Below, one piece after another: positions 1 through 11,800 of a DNA stretch of 64,000 nucleotides (its first letter is position 1; every line of letters starts with the position of its first letter). Under the pieces are notes generated by a model. It saw nothing but the letters and a program-made list of their open reading frames with translations. It was not told where the DNA came from and made no database searches. Both the position numbers and the translations under genes were made by a program. Source of the stretch: Phoronis australis (Eukaryota > Animalia > Phoronida); NCBI GenBank assembly GCA_002633005.1, contig NMRA01000195.1, positions 351,628 to 415,627 of the forward strand, written 5' to 3'.

Positions 1-886
1 TCATTGTGCTCATCATGTTCACCTGTCTACGGAGGTGGCAGTGGTGAGCCTGTTTGCGGAATATCGACCCTTGCCAATGACGTTTGGTAACCTCCTTCAG
101 TTCCTGTTTGGCAACTTGAGAATTTTACCACTCGCATTTGACAAGTTGAGGTCATGCAAAGCATCTGGGCCCTGAAATTCTATCCACAGCACTGCACTAC
201 ATTGTACCACCAGACAATTATTTATTTTTGGAGAACAGGAATGCTTATAGTGAATAACGCAATAATCTGATGTAATATGCCCGTGTTGTGAGAACTAGTT
301 GGATGCCCGTTATTTAGTGCAGAAAACTGGTTCTCAAAATTCCGACATGTTATATCAGACCATTAACCGTGAATGATACAGTTTGGTGCATTCAAAACAA
401 CATGCATGCAAATGGATCATTTAGAATTCCATTAATCACCCAGTGGTCATAGTAGGATTGCCATTAGCTAATTCCTGTCCTAGAGGCTTGCACAAAATCC
501 TTTAAAGTGTTTCTCTAAAGTTCACAAATCTGGAACAGTTGAGTGACCCTAATGACCAGGTGCCCTTCCTTGAGCCCAACCCCCACTTAGCAGGAGTAAT
601 ACAAACTAACCAAGCCTGACTGAGCATCATTACATATAATAAAAGAGTGTGAGTGGTTATTTTTGTGTTGTGAATAACAAGGCTCTAAAAGACTTCAATT
701 GTCTACCTCCCACATGTGTTCAGCTCTAAATTAATAACGCCTCAAGATTTTCATAGGAAAATGGACAATGTAATAAGTATTACTCACTGAATAAAACACT
801 AACTTCCTGTGGAGTGGTAGTGAACCTTTAGTAAAATCTAATAAAACTTGAGCAAAGTTGTCAATGAAAATTAAATATGAACTTAC

Positions 887-3800
887 CTTCGAGTAGTCTG
901 GACACATCTGATGGGTCAAAAACGGAATAGTATGGCTGAAAAGAAATTATAAAGGTAAACATCTCTTCAACATTTAATGCAAATTACACATTGTTTGCAA
1001 ATTGGGGTATACCTGTTTTTCAAATGATACAGCAAGATTACAGAAATCAAAATATAGAGAAACAAAATTAATAGTAACCTCCTGATACATCTTGCTAATC
1101 AAGTTAATAATGTACCTGGTTCAGGAAAACAGTCAAAAGTGATTATGGAACTGCAAATACGCACAGTTGAGTTTGGTAAGTTAAAATATTCATTGAAAGG
1201 ATAACGATTGCCTCATGAAGATTAAAAACTAATTAAAACTATTTAACTAATCACATGATATCTCAGTTTTTTGACTGCCAATGGGCTGTCAACTGGACCC
1301 AATTATTAACAAATTGGGAAAACTTCAAAAATCAATTTCTACAGGCTTTCTACTTTCAGAAGACAAATTGTGGAGAAGAACAGCATTGTGCACCAGCTCA
1401 TTGTCTTGGGAAGAGTGGGAACTATTAGGAAATCCAAATTGTGGGTTGTAGAAACTGAAATTCTATTCAAATGGCATTTATCAATGGTGAATGGCGGCAG
1501 AAAGAACTGGTGTCAAGCCCTGATGGCGCAAAGCTTCTGTACAGAACTTGGACGTGGTAATTTGATGCCACATATCTTTCATGAAATATTGAGGAAATAA
1601 AATTTCAATGTCCACCATATTGTGTCTTACAGTTCTTACAACTGTAATTGAGGTAAATAAGGTCGGACTGCAAAACAATGATGATATGGGCTAACACTCC
1701 ATGAAACACTTTGATCAAAATCTGGAAAGAAGTGTTAGTAGGAATAGAGTACAGATACTGAGAAAGTTTCCCTACATGCAGTTCGTGAAAATCATTAGAT
1801 GAGAAATTCAGGAGGAGTTGAGCACAGAAATTTCACTTCCTTGACAGACGCACAGATTCACCAAATGATGCCTAGTATTTAACTCTTGTGCTTTCAAAGC
1901 GGATACCAAAACAGTTTCATGACAGGGAAAGACAGTTTGCAAAATTTCGTTTCTCTAAGTATTACTAACAAAAATATTTAACTTACTGTTGCAGACAGAT
2001 AGCAAGCCTTGGCCAGGTAACCAAACTGTTTTAACAATATTGAAGAAATTTTGATTCGAGAACCTTGAATAATTTTGTGTTGACAGGCAAATTCATGCGG
2101 AACTCATTGGCCAAAGATTGTTGCATTGGATGGTATCAATAATAAATGGTTGTACTGATTGACCTCACCATGAGAACTACTAAGAAGATAAATTTTGGAA
2201 AAGGCCCATTAGCCAACACGTGAATACAGGGCATGGAAATAAAATCTACTTGTCTAATGAAGAAGTATAAATCTCTGAACCAATAAAATCAGTTGTTGCC
2301 CTAAAGCAGTCTTGGGCTCCTTTGGCAAAACACCTAATGCAAATAGCACAGCCATTGTACACCAGGAGAATTTAAAGTGGTATTCAGAAGGGTACAAATC
2401 CTACAATATACAGAGTAAACATCAAGGTGGTGTACTCATGCCTAGTCTGAAAAGAGTTTGGAATGCTTTGTATGAATTTGGTCAGAGTGACATCAACTGT
2501 TGACCTGCTAACCATGCAAGTTTGGGAGACATACATTCAGGAACAGAGCTCCACACTATGCTTAAGACAAGTCTGATACACTGTAGTCTGTAAGGCCAAA
2601 GTACCTGGTATGTAATTACAAGGAGACACAACATTTCTCACTGCTACAAATGATGCAGGCCAGAACCAACATCAAACAAACTGAAGTCTTAGTACTCAGA
2701 CAAGTGTATAGAGACGGATGAACAATTTGTGGTGTAGTTGTACAAGTCAAACATTTCACTTACTCGTTCAAATCTGATTTTCTCATGAAACAGTACTGGA
2801 AAGACTGGATCCGCAAGGTTCGTGCGTCGGTGATGGCCCAGCAGACATACAGATAGGTACACATCGTCACGGTAGGGAAGCCAAACTCCAGGGGCAGTAA
2901 CCTACATAATAGAGAAGACTTACTCTTGACTGGTGAACAATACTTAAACTATAGACATTCAGAAAATAAACTAGGCAGATTCACGTAAACAAGCAATGCA
3001 AACAAACACACCAAACTTGTCAGAACAACCGATCCCACCCAAAAAGTCTTGAAGAAATGGGCTGGGAATTGGGCAGCTTGTGCTAAAAAATAAGTCTCGA
3101 ATGTGAGACCATCCATATGGTCACAACCAGTCGCCTGGCCTCCTACAGGTGGTTTACGCAAAGGAAATGCACGGAGGATGTGCATGTGATGTGCGGATTT
3201 TTACGCCATAGACTGACCTAAGATGTAATTTGCAATGTCACACTCAGAATGCTTTTCTTTTGTCAATTATAAGTTAAATATCAGCATAGGGCAAATGAGC
3301 ATTTTCTGTATGTTTTAAAAAGAAATAGCATTCAAGTGTACCGCAGTCGCATCCACTCCAGAAATTTATGGTCTCAAGGTTTTAATAATTCGACTCTGGA
3401 AAGCTGGAGAAGCTTCTATCTTATTTTTCAGCCTAGGTAACATTGTAAACTAAATTAATTCATCCTTATGTTAAACATAAGAGTTGTGGCAATTTATGAA
3501 AAAGAACTTTGCTTAAACTGCGGAAATTTTTACCCAGATAATTAACTAGATGTGTTTTAACACTCACTCATACATGCAGCCATCAAGTTAGCTATACCCA
3601 CGAGTGTGCAATAAATTGCTCTTTAAGGCAGACCAATCCAAGCTCAAGGACATCATATAAAAAACCAGAGTTCCGACTGAGGGGGGAGACTCCCAAAGTG
3701 CGGACCCCCATTCTCTTTCTCAAGGTACTAAGTATTGCGGCTACGGTAGACCAAGTAAGCAACCAGACCGGGTTAACTAGGTCTAGTTACACGGTCCTAC

Positions 3801-5426
3801 CTCATAGACCATGTAAACTCCTTCACCAGAGCACAGTTACAGTCTATCATTAAAACCTGTATGTTTGCCAAGGTTTTATAGTCACTTAAGATATGCTAAG
3901 TGCAACTTTCCTACAATTGATTATATTTTTATGATTGGGCCTTTTATCATTTTAACTCCCTTGCAAAACAGGGAGTTAAAATGAGTAAAAGCTCATAAAA
4001 AATTAAATTGACTTTAGGTCAAGCCGTATTTTGGGAGACCTGTCCCTATAAAACCGAGGCAATTGTAGGCCGCAACTTCAGCATAGGAATTCATTTGGTC
4101 TATGAGGTTGGACCGTGCAGGCAGACCAAGCTAACCCGGTCTGATGGCTTAGTGGGTCCATGACACGGGCATCTCCGAGTTGTGGATCTCGCCCCTAGTA
4201 GCGCGATATTATAGAGAAACCAACATACTGTTCTGAGGGTCGCAATTCAAGACCCAGCTTGGGCACTAGTAGCATAGAGGTCCCTGATTTAGAAACTACT
4301 TTCATACAGTGTCACTGAAAAGTGACATTGGTGTTATTCCGCTGATTGTCTGCATGTGAATCAAGCAACCAAACCAATTAGCTAACGAGCAATTGTGAGT
4401 ATTTTGACTATATCTCGGGAGTCACTCATATTGACATGGTGCCCACAGCTGAGAAACCCCTTATTGCCAGTATTGTCAAGCGTGACTTATGGTTGTGACA
4501 TCACGTACAGTCAGATAAAGCCTACCTAAGCCGCTCGCCAAGTGGCAATTGCCACTTGGTCGAATGGCTTAGATGCTTGACTGTCGTGCAACCTGGGTTC
4601 AAGTCCCACCGAAGACACGGAAATTTTCTACACCAGTGCCAGGTAAGCTAATTCTGGCCCTTTTTTGCAGGGTAGATTTTTCTGCCTCACCCCCTTTTGC
4701 GTGTATTTTTTTCTTGTCTACTCTACATCTGCCGTGAATGGCATTTTCAACAGAGGCAGCTGTTGGAGGTGCTCACATTTCGACCTCCAAAGCCAAAAGA
4801 TTGCACCAGAAATTCCGAACTTGATTCAATCTGATCAGGCAATGCACTATTACGGAATTCTTATAGTCGTTGTCGTACTTATTTGTCTGAATATGATAAT
4901 GAGAATCAATAGTAATAGCCGAGATTACCCGACCTGGAAATCGAACCAGCGACCCCCATAAAACCAGCGAGCTAACAGAAGCACATCTACAATAGTGATG
5001 CCTAAATTAAGGAAGATCTGATGGCCAGAGCACCTTTTGAAGGGCTGAGGCCAATTGAGTGGGCCTGTTGCAGGGACGAAGTTGTAATTTAGGGACCTAT
5101 TGGAGTATTGGACCCCGCGCGGTCCGCAAAACTTGCTGAAAAAGGATTTTTGGTAGACGCCTGCAAGCACCTTGTCAATATTAGTGACCACCCTGGGTTG
5201 CCCGTAACCTGAAAAGCACCAGAATGACGCGAAATTGTGATAACAATGTGGGTTATATTCAATTCATCTAGAACTTGAACTGGATTCTAGTCTAGAAGAT
5301 GTAGACTTTGCCTAGGCTACAATAATTATCGATCAGTGACCAGTCAGGCTCTAAAAACAGTTTTTGAAAAATACTCACCGCGTGGACATTGACTTCGACA
5401 ACAACTCTGAGGCCAGTGCGAGGCAT
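887..5426 (-). CDS. SPATA6: Spermatogenesis-associated protein 6 (SPATA6/SPATA6L family), first three coding exons; gene continues beyond the left edge
   Basis: Exons 5426-5379 (MPRTGLRVVVEVNVHA), 2901-2764 (VTAPGVWLPYRDDVYLSVCLLGHHRRTNLADPVFPVLFHEKIRFER) and 935-887 (PYYSVFDPSDVSRLLE). All GT-AG with consistent phases. Matches the SPATA6 N-terminal pattern VTxPGV..D.YLS.C..G....T....FP..F...FE...DP.DV...LE. Confidence 0.88.
3737..4170. mobile_element. Degenerate MITE
   Basis: Imperfect inverted repeats: agaccgggtta...acggtcctacctcatagacca (~3766-3811) vs tggtctatgaggttggaccgt...taacccggtct (~4096-4142). Confidence 0.55.
4471..4632 (+). mobile_element. Solo LTR containing a tRNA-like Pol III promoter, 4-bp TSD
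   Basis: TATTGT...TACA termini flanked by CCAG on both sides (4467-4470, 4633-4636). Internal palindrome aagtggcaattgccactt, A-box-like TGGTCGAATGG and B-box GGTTCAAGTCC. Same layout as the LTRs at 35498 and 35864. Confidence 0.6.
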
Positions 5427-5814
5427 GATTGTAAAATTTTAAAGTTGATTATATGATTGAAACTTCACTGCTGCATTTTACTCTGAAAGTATTTTCCTGC
5501 AAACCAACTGACGCGACGCCGTAGTTTACCTTGGAGGGAGAGTCCTTTGTCGAAACCGTTTCCGGAGGCCTAAGGATAAAAACAAAAAATAACATTGAAC
5601 AGTTTGTTTTCATTTAGTATAATATTACACTTACTTCTGAGATTTTTATGACAAAATTCAAGTATATTTTTTATGATATCCCCAATAATTCTAAACTGTG
5701 CTTACGTATGGCAAATTTATGAAGTCAACACCCCTTCGTGAATGTTGTGATGGTATATCCCCCGCAACTAGAACGAGAACGCAGTTCGTTACATTGCGAG
5801 ACTTACAAATCAAT
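5427..5814. promoter_or_regulatory. Compact bidirectional promoter and 5'UTRs between SPATA6 and FAM32A
   Basis: Divergent ATGs at 5426 (-) and 5815 (+) are only 388 bp apart; the interval is locally CpG-richer. Confidence 0.7.
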
Positions 5815-8800
5815 ATGTCTGCTTACGATAAAGTGGCTGGTGGTACACTAAAGTTAAAAGGTGTTGCAGACTCAGGCATTAAAAAGTTAGTTTTCTTGGC
5901 GTATTATATCGACCTCTGAGGTGACGCTCACCATGTATATATATATCCTTTTAAACCTGTTATAGTTGTTCTCGTTTTTGTTAATCTTCATTGTTATACA
6001 AGAGCCGCAAGACCCCTTCCTGGAAACAATTGTATCGGAGAACAGTGGAGGTGGAACTCAGTCAGAAAATGCTGTCTTTAGTCAAATCCGTAACGCTTAC
6101 CACGATGACGCCCTGCTTGACCAGTCATATTCTGAGAAATCCACAGGACACACTCCAGCAAGTAGTGGTCTACGCATAGGCGGATCCACGGGGTCAAGGG
6201 GTCCGGAGTCCCCATTTTTCTCTTGATTTTAGTGATATCAAATCTATAATTTTCAAATTGTTGACTTGGCCCCCCTTTCAAAAAGTCCTTGACGGTCCCT
6301 CCCCCCCTTTAAAAAATCCTGGATCCGCCCCTGCTACGTTCGATCTTGTGTCCTTAGAAAATAGTCCATTTTCGCTCTAAAACTGCGTCGAAAATGCACT
6401 CCGCGGCATCATTCAGTTGTACCTATACCGTGCAAGTCTGACATATTGCAGTTAAACCTGGGTCTGACCAAGTTTAAAGTTAAACATGGTTTAAGATCTT
6501 AATACAGGTCTAAAGAATATAGACCTCGTTGATGAAATGAAAACTGGCTTAGACCAGGTCTAAACTGGAGTTAAACCAGGTTTTACTAGACCACTGGTCT
6601 AAAAGTTGAACCACCTTTATGAAATGCAGATTATCTTTAAACCTGGTCTAAGTCCAGCTTAAACCAGGTTTAACTTTAAACCACCTTTATGAAATCGGCT
6701 GCTAGAGTCTGTGCCCGTAGGAGATTATGATTTAGAATCAAGACTCCATTATCGTAACCGTTTGGTATTAGTTTTTTCGGGATCCCCTCATATTCCCCTG
6801 TCTGTAAGTTTCAGAGTCTGACTCTGTCACTGTCAGTGTCACTCAGTGTCAGGCTCACAGGCGTCCCCAATAAACTATATATTTTACAAGGCATGACACT
6901 CGGGACTAGAACTTCCACTTGTGCTTCAATTCAGCCGTCCATATCAAACACAAAACTCGATGAATTTACACAAAAACGGGTTCAACAAACTTAGCCAGCC
7001 AGCTAGTTGTATCGTAGTAGACAATCGAATGTCAAAATACAGCTAGGTACCAATGTGTGTTTTTCTTCCATAGACCCTGAAATTGCACACAGCCAGGGTA
7101 GTTCTGCTCGTCAAATCGCCGTGAAAACTGTATCAACATGCAGAGCTAAAGACCGGATGGGATGCATGCAAAATCTGGGAGTCAACCGACACACCCTGCC
7201 CATTACAACCATTCAAGTGAAAAACAATGCAACAAACGTCATTTTCTTGCGTAATCCTCTGCTTTTTCTAACGAAGAAAAGTTGTGTCAACGTTTTGAAA
7301 ACAATATGCTCGTGACACGTGCACGTGCCATTTCTTAAATTTTTGCGACATCTCTCGGGAGATTATGATATCTTGTTAGCAGCAAAATTTCTTCTGAAAT
7401 TTGGTTTCTTGGTATCAAAATTCTAAAAAATTATTATGAAGTGAAACCAGTTCCAATAATTTGTTGTGACGTGTACACAACCTCGTGAAAGAACAATTGA
7501 TAAATCGGCGAACATAGAAACTGGCCAATAGATGACGCAATATTTCATGGCGCCGAAAGCCCACGCAGAAGATCGCTCCACAACTTTAGCAGCAGAATAA
7601 CTGTAGAATGCCATTTTTTTCAAAACCAGAAAATAATTTATTTACTTGTGTAGTTTTTAATGACACTAATTTTGTGTCATATTTTATCTGATCATTTTTT
7701 TACCCACATCAGTGCAAAGCTGTATGTTTAGTATACAGCTTTGCGCCAAGGATACAAGAAACCATGAGCAATTGTTCTTTTTTCTAATAGCATTTACGAT
7801 GTCCTGCTCCAGTGAGTTTGCAACAAATTTGCGGACAAAGCACAAAATTCGGTTATTGTTTACAATCCGGACTCCATTACCGCACATACTTGATATTAAT
7901 ATTTTCTGAATCCTCTCGCCAGGGTGGTCATGTTGATTCCAAAAATGCATTACTCGTATCGATTAGGCTCTTCTTATTCATGCATTCACTGTTTTTACGA
8001 GGTGTTCATTTGCGACAGCCGATCTCGGTTGACTGCTATTATAAATCTGCGACACCTCTCGGCACGAATGATAACTACTAACAATGATCACGCATGTACG
8101 GTCAGAAGACCCCAAAATTGGCTAGTATATTGAAGCTACCGCTTGGCACATCAGGGAAATTCTGAGTGAAAAACAGTTATAGTCAATATTTATAAAGGAT
8201 TGCCTCTTCAAAACTTCTTCTTTTGAAAAAATACGAGAGTGTGTGTTCTCGCGGTCAAATATCGTACTCGAAAACACTTGACATCTTGGAGACATGATTT
8301 CGGCTTGTGTTATGGCAGACATTCGTCGTCTCAGAGACAAAAACTTGCAAACAAATGGAATTAGGTAATAAGATAACTAATATCACTGGCAGGCTAAAAT
8401 ACACAAACAAAGAAACGCATTCTGCATCGAAACAACTTCACTCTTAGGTTAAGCTTTAGTTATTAATCCTGCTGAAAGGTGTCGCACTTTTAAAAATGTC
8501 TGTCTCACTAAATCCGCATTGCTCATGAATGCCTCGGAAAAACTCAAAATTTATGAATAAGAAGGTACCAGTCTGTACATGTAATACATTTTGGAATCAC
8601 CATGACGCGAGGATTCATAAAATAGTAATATCAAGTATGTACATCAACAGAGTCTGATTGTAAACAATTACCCATGTTGTGAATCCCCGAGTTGGTATTA
8701 TTGCCAGTAAAAGTACTTACTAGTACCGCACTCTGATTGGCCCAGGGGTTCTCCATGACGACTATTCAAGGTTGATCAATGGGTAAAACTACTTACTAAA

Positions 8801-11800
8801 ATCAATGAAAAAACCTAAATCCATCGGACAATTCAAGGATGTCTACACTATTGTTCTACTCTTCTAGTGGCAAAAATGTCGGGTCTATACTATTATTCCA
8901 GTCTCTAGTATTATTAGAAATCTTGAAAATTTCCGGTCTATACTATTATTGCTGTCTCTACAACTATTTCGAACTCGAGTGTAATCTCAAATGCACTGTC
9001 GTGAAGATTGACAGTATTCAAATCCAATGTTTCGGTTTATACAAACAACATCTAATCAAACGAATCAATCATAATCTGATGAATGTCACTTTCTAATCTG
9101 TGGAAAGTTGCACATTCCACTGGTGAATATGGAACACAGGTCAGTAGTGTAAGAGTCGTGCGTCCAGAGCATTTGGCCAAGAGGCAACTGCCGCTTGCCA
9201 AGAAATTTAGGGAAGCTCTGTACAATGGTACACCACACCAGGAACCAGAAATTCACAGCACTCCTGTCAATCATGCTGTTGAAAAATCTGCCAACACTGG
9301 GGTTTCACTTGAGATTGCTTGTGTGAGAGCCGAGCGTTCATGCTATTCGGCTAAGAAATTGACTGAAAAGGGTTGTAAGTTGTTTCTAATGAAGCAGGCC
9401 TTACTTTGCTGGAGTTGACTAAATTTTTTTTTGTGTACGCTAAGGAAGAAGAAAAAGAAGAAGAATAGGGAGAAAGAAGACCGTATTTCTGCTCAGCTTA
9501 CTGGAGAAGACCGTGAAATTAATATGGGTTCTTCTTATACGGATAAAAGGACAAAGGCAGAGATTGCCTTTGAGAAGGTGAAGGAGAAAAGGGCTGCTGA
9601 AGAACTGTTAGAAAGAGCATCAAAATCACACAAGGAAAGGATTATGGTAAGTGTTTAATGTGTTTCTGTTGTCTGAAGAGCAGAAATCAAATCTAGGTCA
9701 CGTAAACAGTTTTGTTGTATATAGTTTTATGAATTGAATGCTTCATTTTGTCACAAAACCTTTTTTAATTTGATATCCATTTTGAACAACTGTCGAATGG
9801 GGAGATGTGAAAACCATCAAAAGTCGCAAAATTTAGAAAAATATGTATCCTATTGCAACACGTAATCAGACCTTGAAAAAAAGCTGATTTCAAACAAAAA
9901 ACGGTTTCAAAACACTTTCAAATGTTTTTAGCAAGTTGTAAGGTCAATTGAATGGGCAATTCACAGTGAAATAATTTAAAGAATATTCCTTGTACTTTTA
10001 GCTCAAACAACCTGAAAATTATACAGTTTTTTTTTGTGCAACGTATATCAAAATGGCAGTCTTAGATGAGTGGAGAATTCGTGCACAGACACCCCAGCAC
10101 TTGGGGTGTTGTCACAACTTCTCCACTACATTGGGGTCTGGTATTCTACTTCAAATGCCAACACTGGTTAAATTAAAACTATGATGTTGAAATCTGCAAG
10201 TAAACACTAGAAATATTGTGGTACACTTCATTGAAGATACTCAACCGATTCGGCATTGATTGGGACACGTTTTGCTTCCATGACAGCTGAAGTCGACATT
10301 TTCCTGTTCTCAAAATTTTGTGGGGAAATGGGAGGGTATTTTAAACAAAATATACTTGAATTGTGGAATGAAATAAGAACAATTTATGTTTCATAAGTAA
10401 GCCTTATTAATACTCAAAACGTGTATACATCTTAACAAATTAGCTTTCAATCACTTTAACCAAACCTCCAAAATAGGCTTTGAAATTTACTTTGGCATGA
10501 GATGAAATTTTTCCAATATGTGGAACGCATTGTCAACTTTAAAAACGCTTTGGAAAATCGTAGGTAAGCCAGTCAGCTCTTCCTCTGTCAATGAAACTGC
10601 TTCAATTCAGTCAAATTTTGTATTCTTAAGAATTGCATAATGGCTAGAAAATTTCCAAGTTTCAGGTAGAGAGATGGATGGCAAAACTCCAAATTAACAA
10701 AAATGGCCAGTGGGTGGCATAGAAAACTTTGAATCTGTCCAAAAATCAAATGATCGCGTCCTCTTAATGAAAACTTATTAGCCAATATTCCTTTTCATTC
10801 AGTTAATTGTGATTGCCCTTGAGTGAATTCATGCGTTGTGCATACAGTTATCAAAAAAAAAATAAAGAACTGCCAGCGACATTGACGAAACTTTCTAAAG
10901 CTGGTTTGACTGAGGGCTGTTCCAGCAAAATCTGTGTGGGAGGGGGGGGGAAGGCAACTGAAATAAAAATTTATGGGTGGTTGCATTTGATTTAAATTCA
11001 AAATGGCTGGTGGTCGTACTTCAAAAAAATAAAAATTTACAGGTCGTTGTAGTTTCATTGGGCCATAAATGTTTGATGGTGGGTAATTTTAGTAAATTTT
11101 ATAAACAATCCGCACAGAATCAAAAACTGAAACAAAAATGCAACTTGCAAAAAGCTCCGACTTTCACTCCCTCCAATCTCCTCATCGGCATGCCCATAAC
11201 ACCAGTTAACCACAGGTGCTCGAATTTCTCGATGGCTAAAAACCATATATAAGAAACATATGTTTTCTTAGTAATGAATGATGTTAGTGGTGATGGAGGA
11301 ACAGATAAACTCAAGTGCCTGTGCAGTCAACCACAAGAACAAAAAAAAATTATGGGTGGTTGCATTTCAAACTTATAAAAAGTTACGAGTGGTAGGCTCA
11401 AAAAATAAATGAAAAATATGGGTGGTGGGTGCGAAAAAAAGGTGCCTTCCCCCCCTCCCATACAGATTTTACTGGCACAGCCCTGAGATACAATGACTTG
11501 CATTTTTTTACTTCAAGGTGATGCTCACACATCCGGTAACGTACTACCAACCTAAATGCATTCCAACAGGTGGCAGAAGTTCATTGAGACCAAATGTCCC
11601 CTTAGTTGCCATACATCCTTGATCACCCGTCATTACATTTCTAGAAAAATAAGGAGAATCAATTCAATGTGGGGGGAGTTTCATCAAAATTGGGAGAATT
11701 TGACACCTTTTCATGAGTTGCGAGAATTCTTCAAAAGCAGAGAGCCTCCCGCCAAAATCAAATTGGAAGGGTTGGCTAACTCACTGTCACGTATTTTCTT

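Noticed and set aside
9083-9418. 111-aa ORF in FAM32A intron 1
   Set aside because: No recognisable homology; FAM32A exons 1 and 2 join in frame without it.
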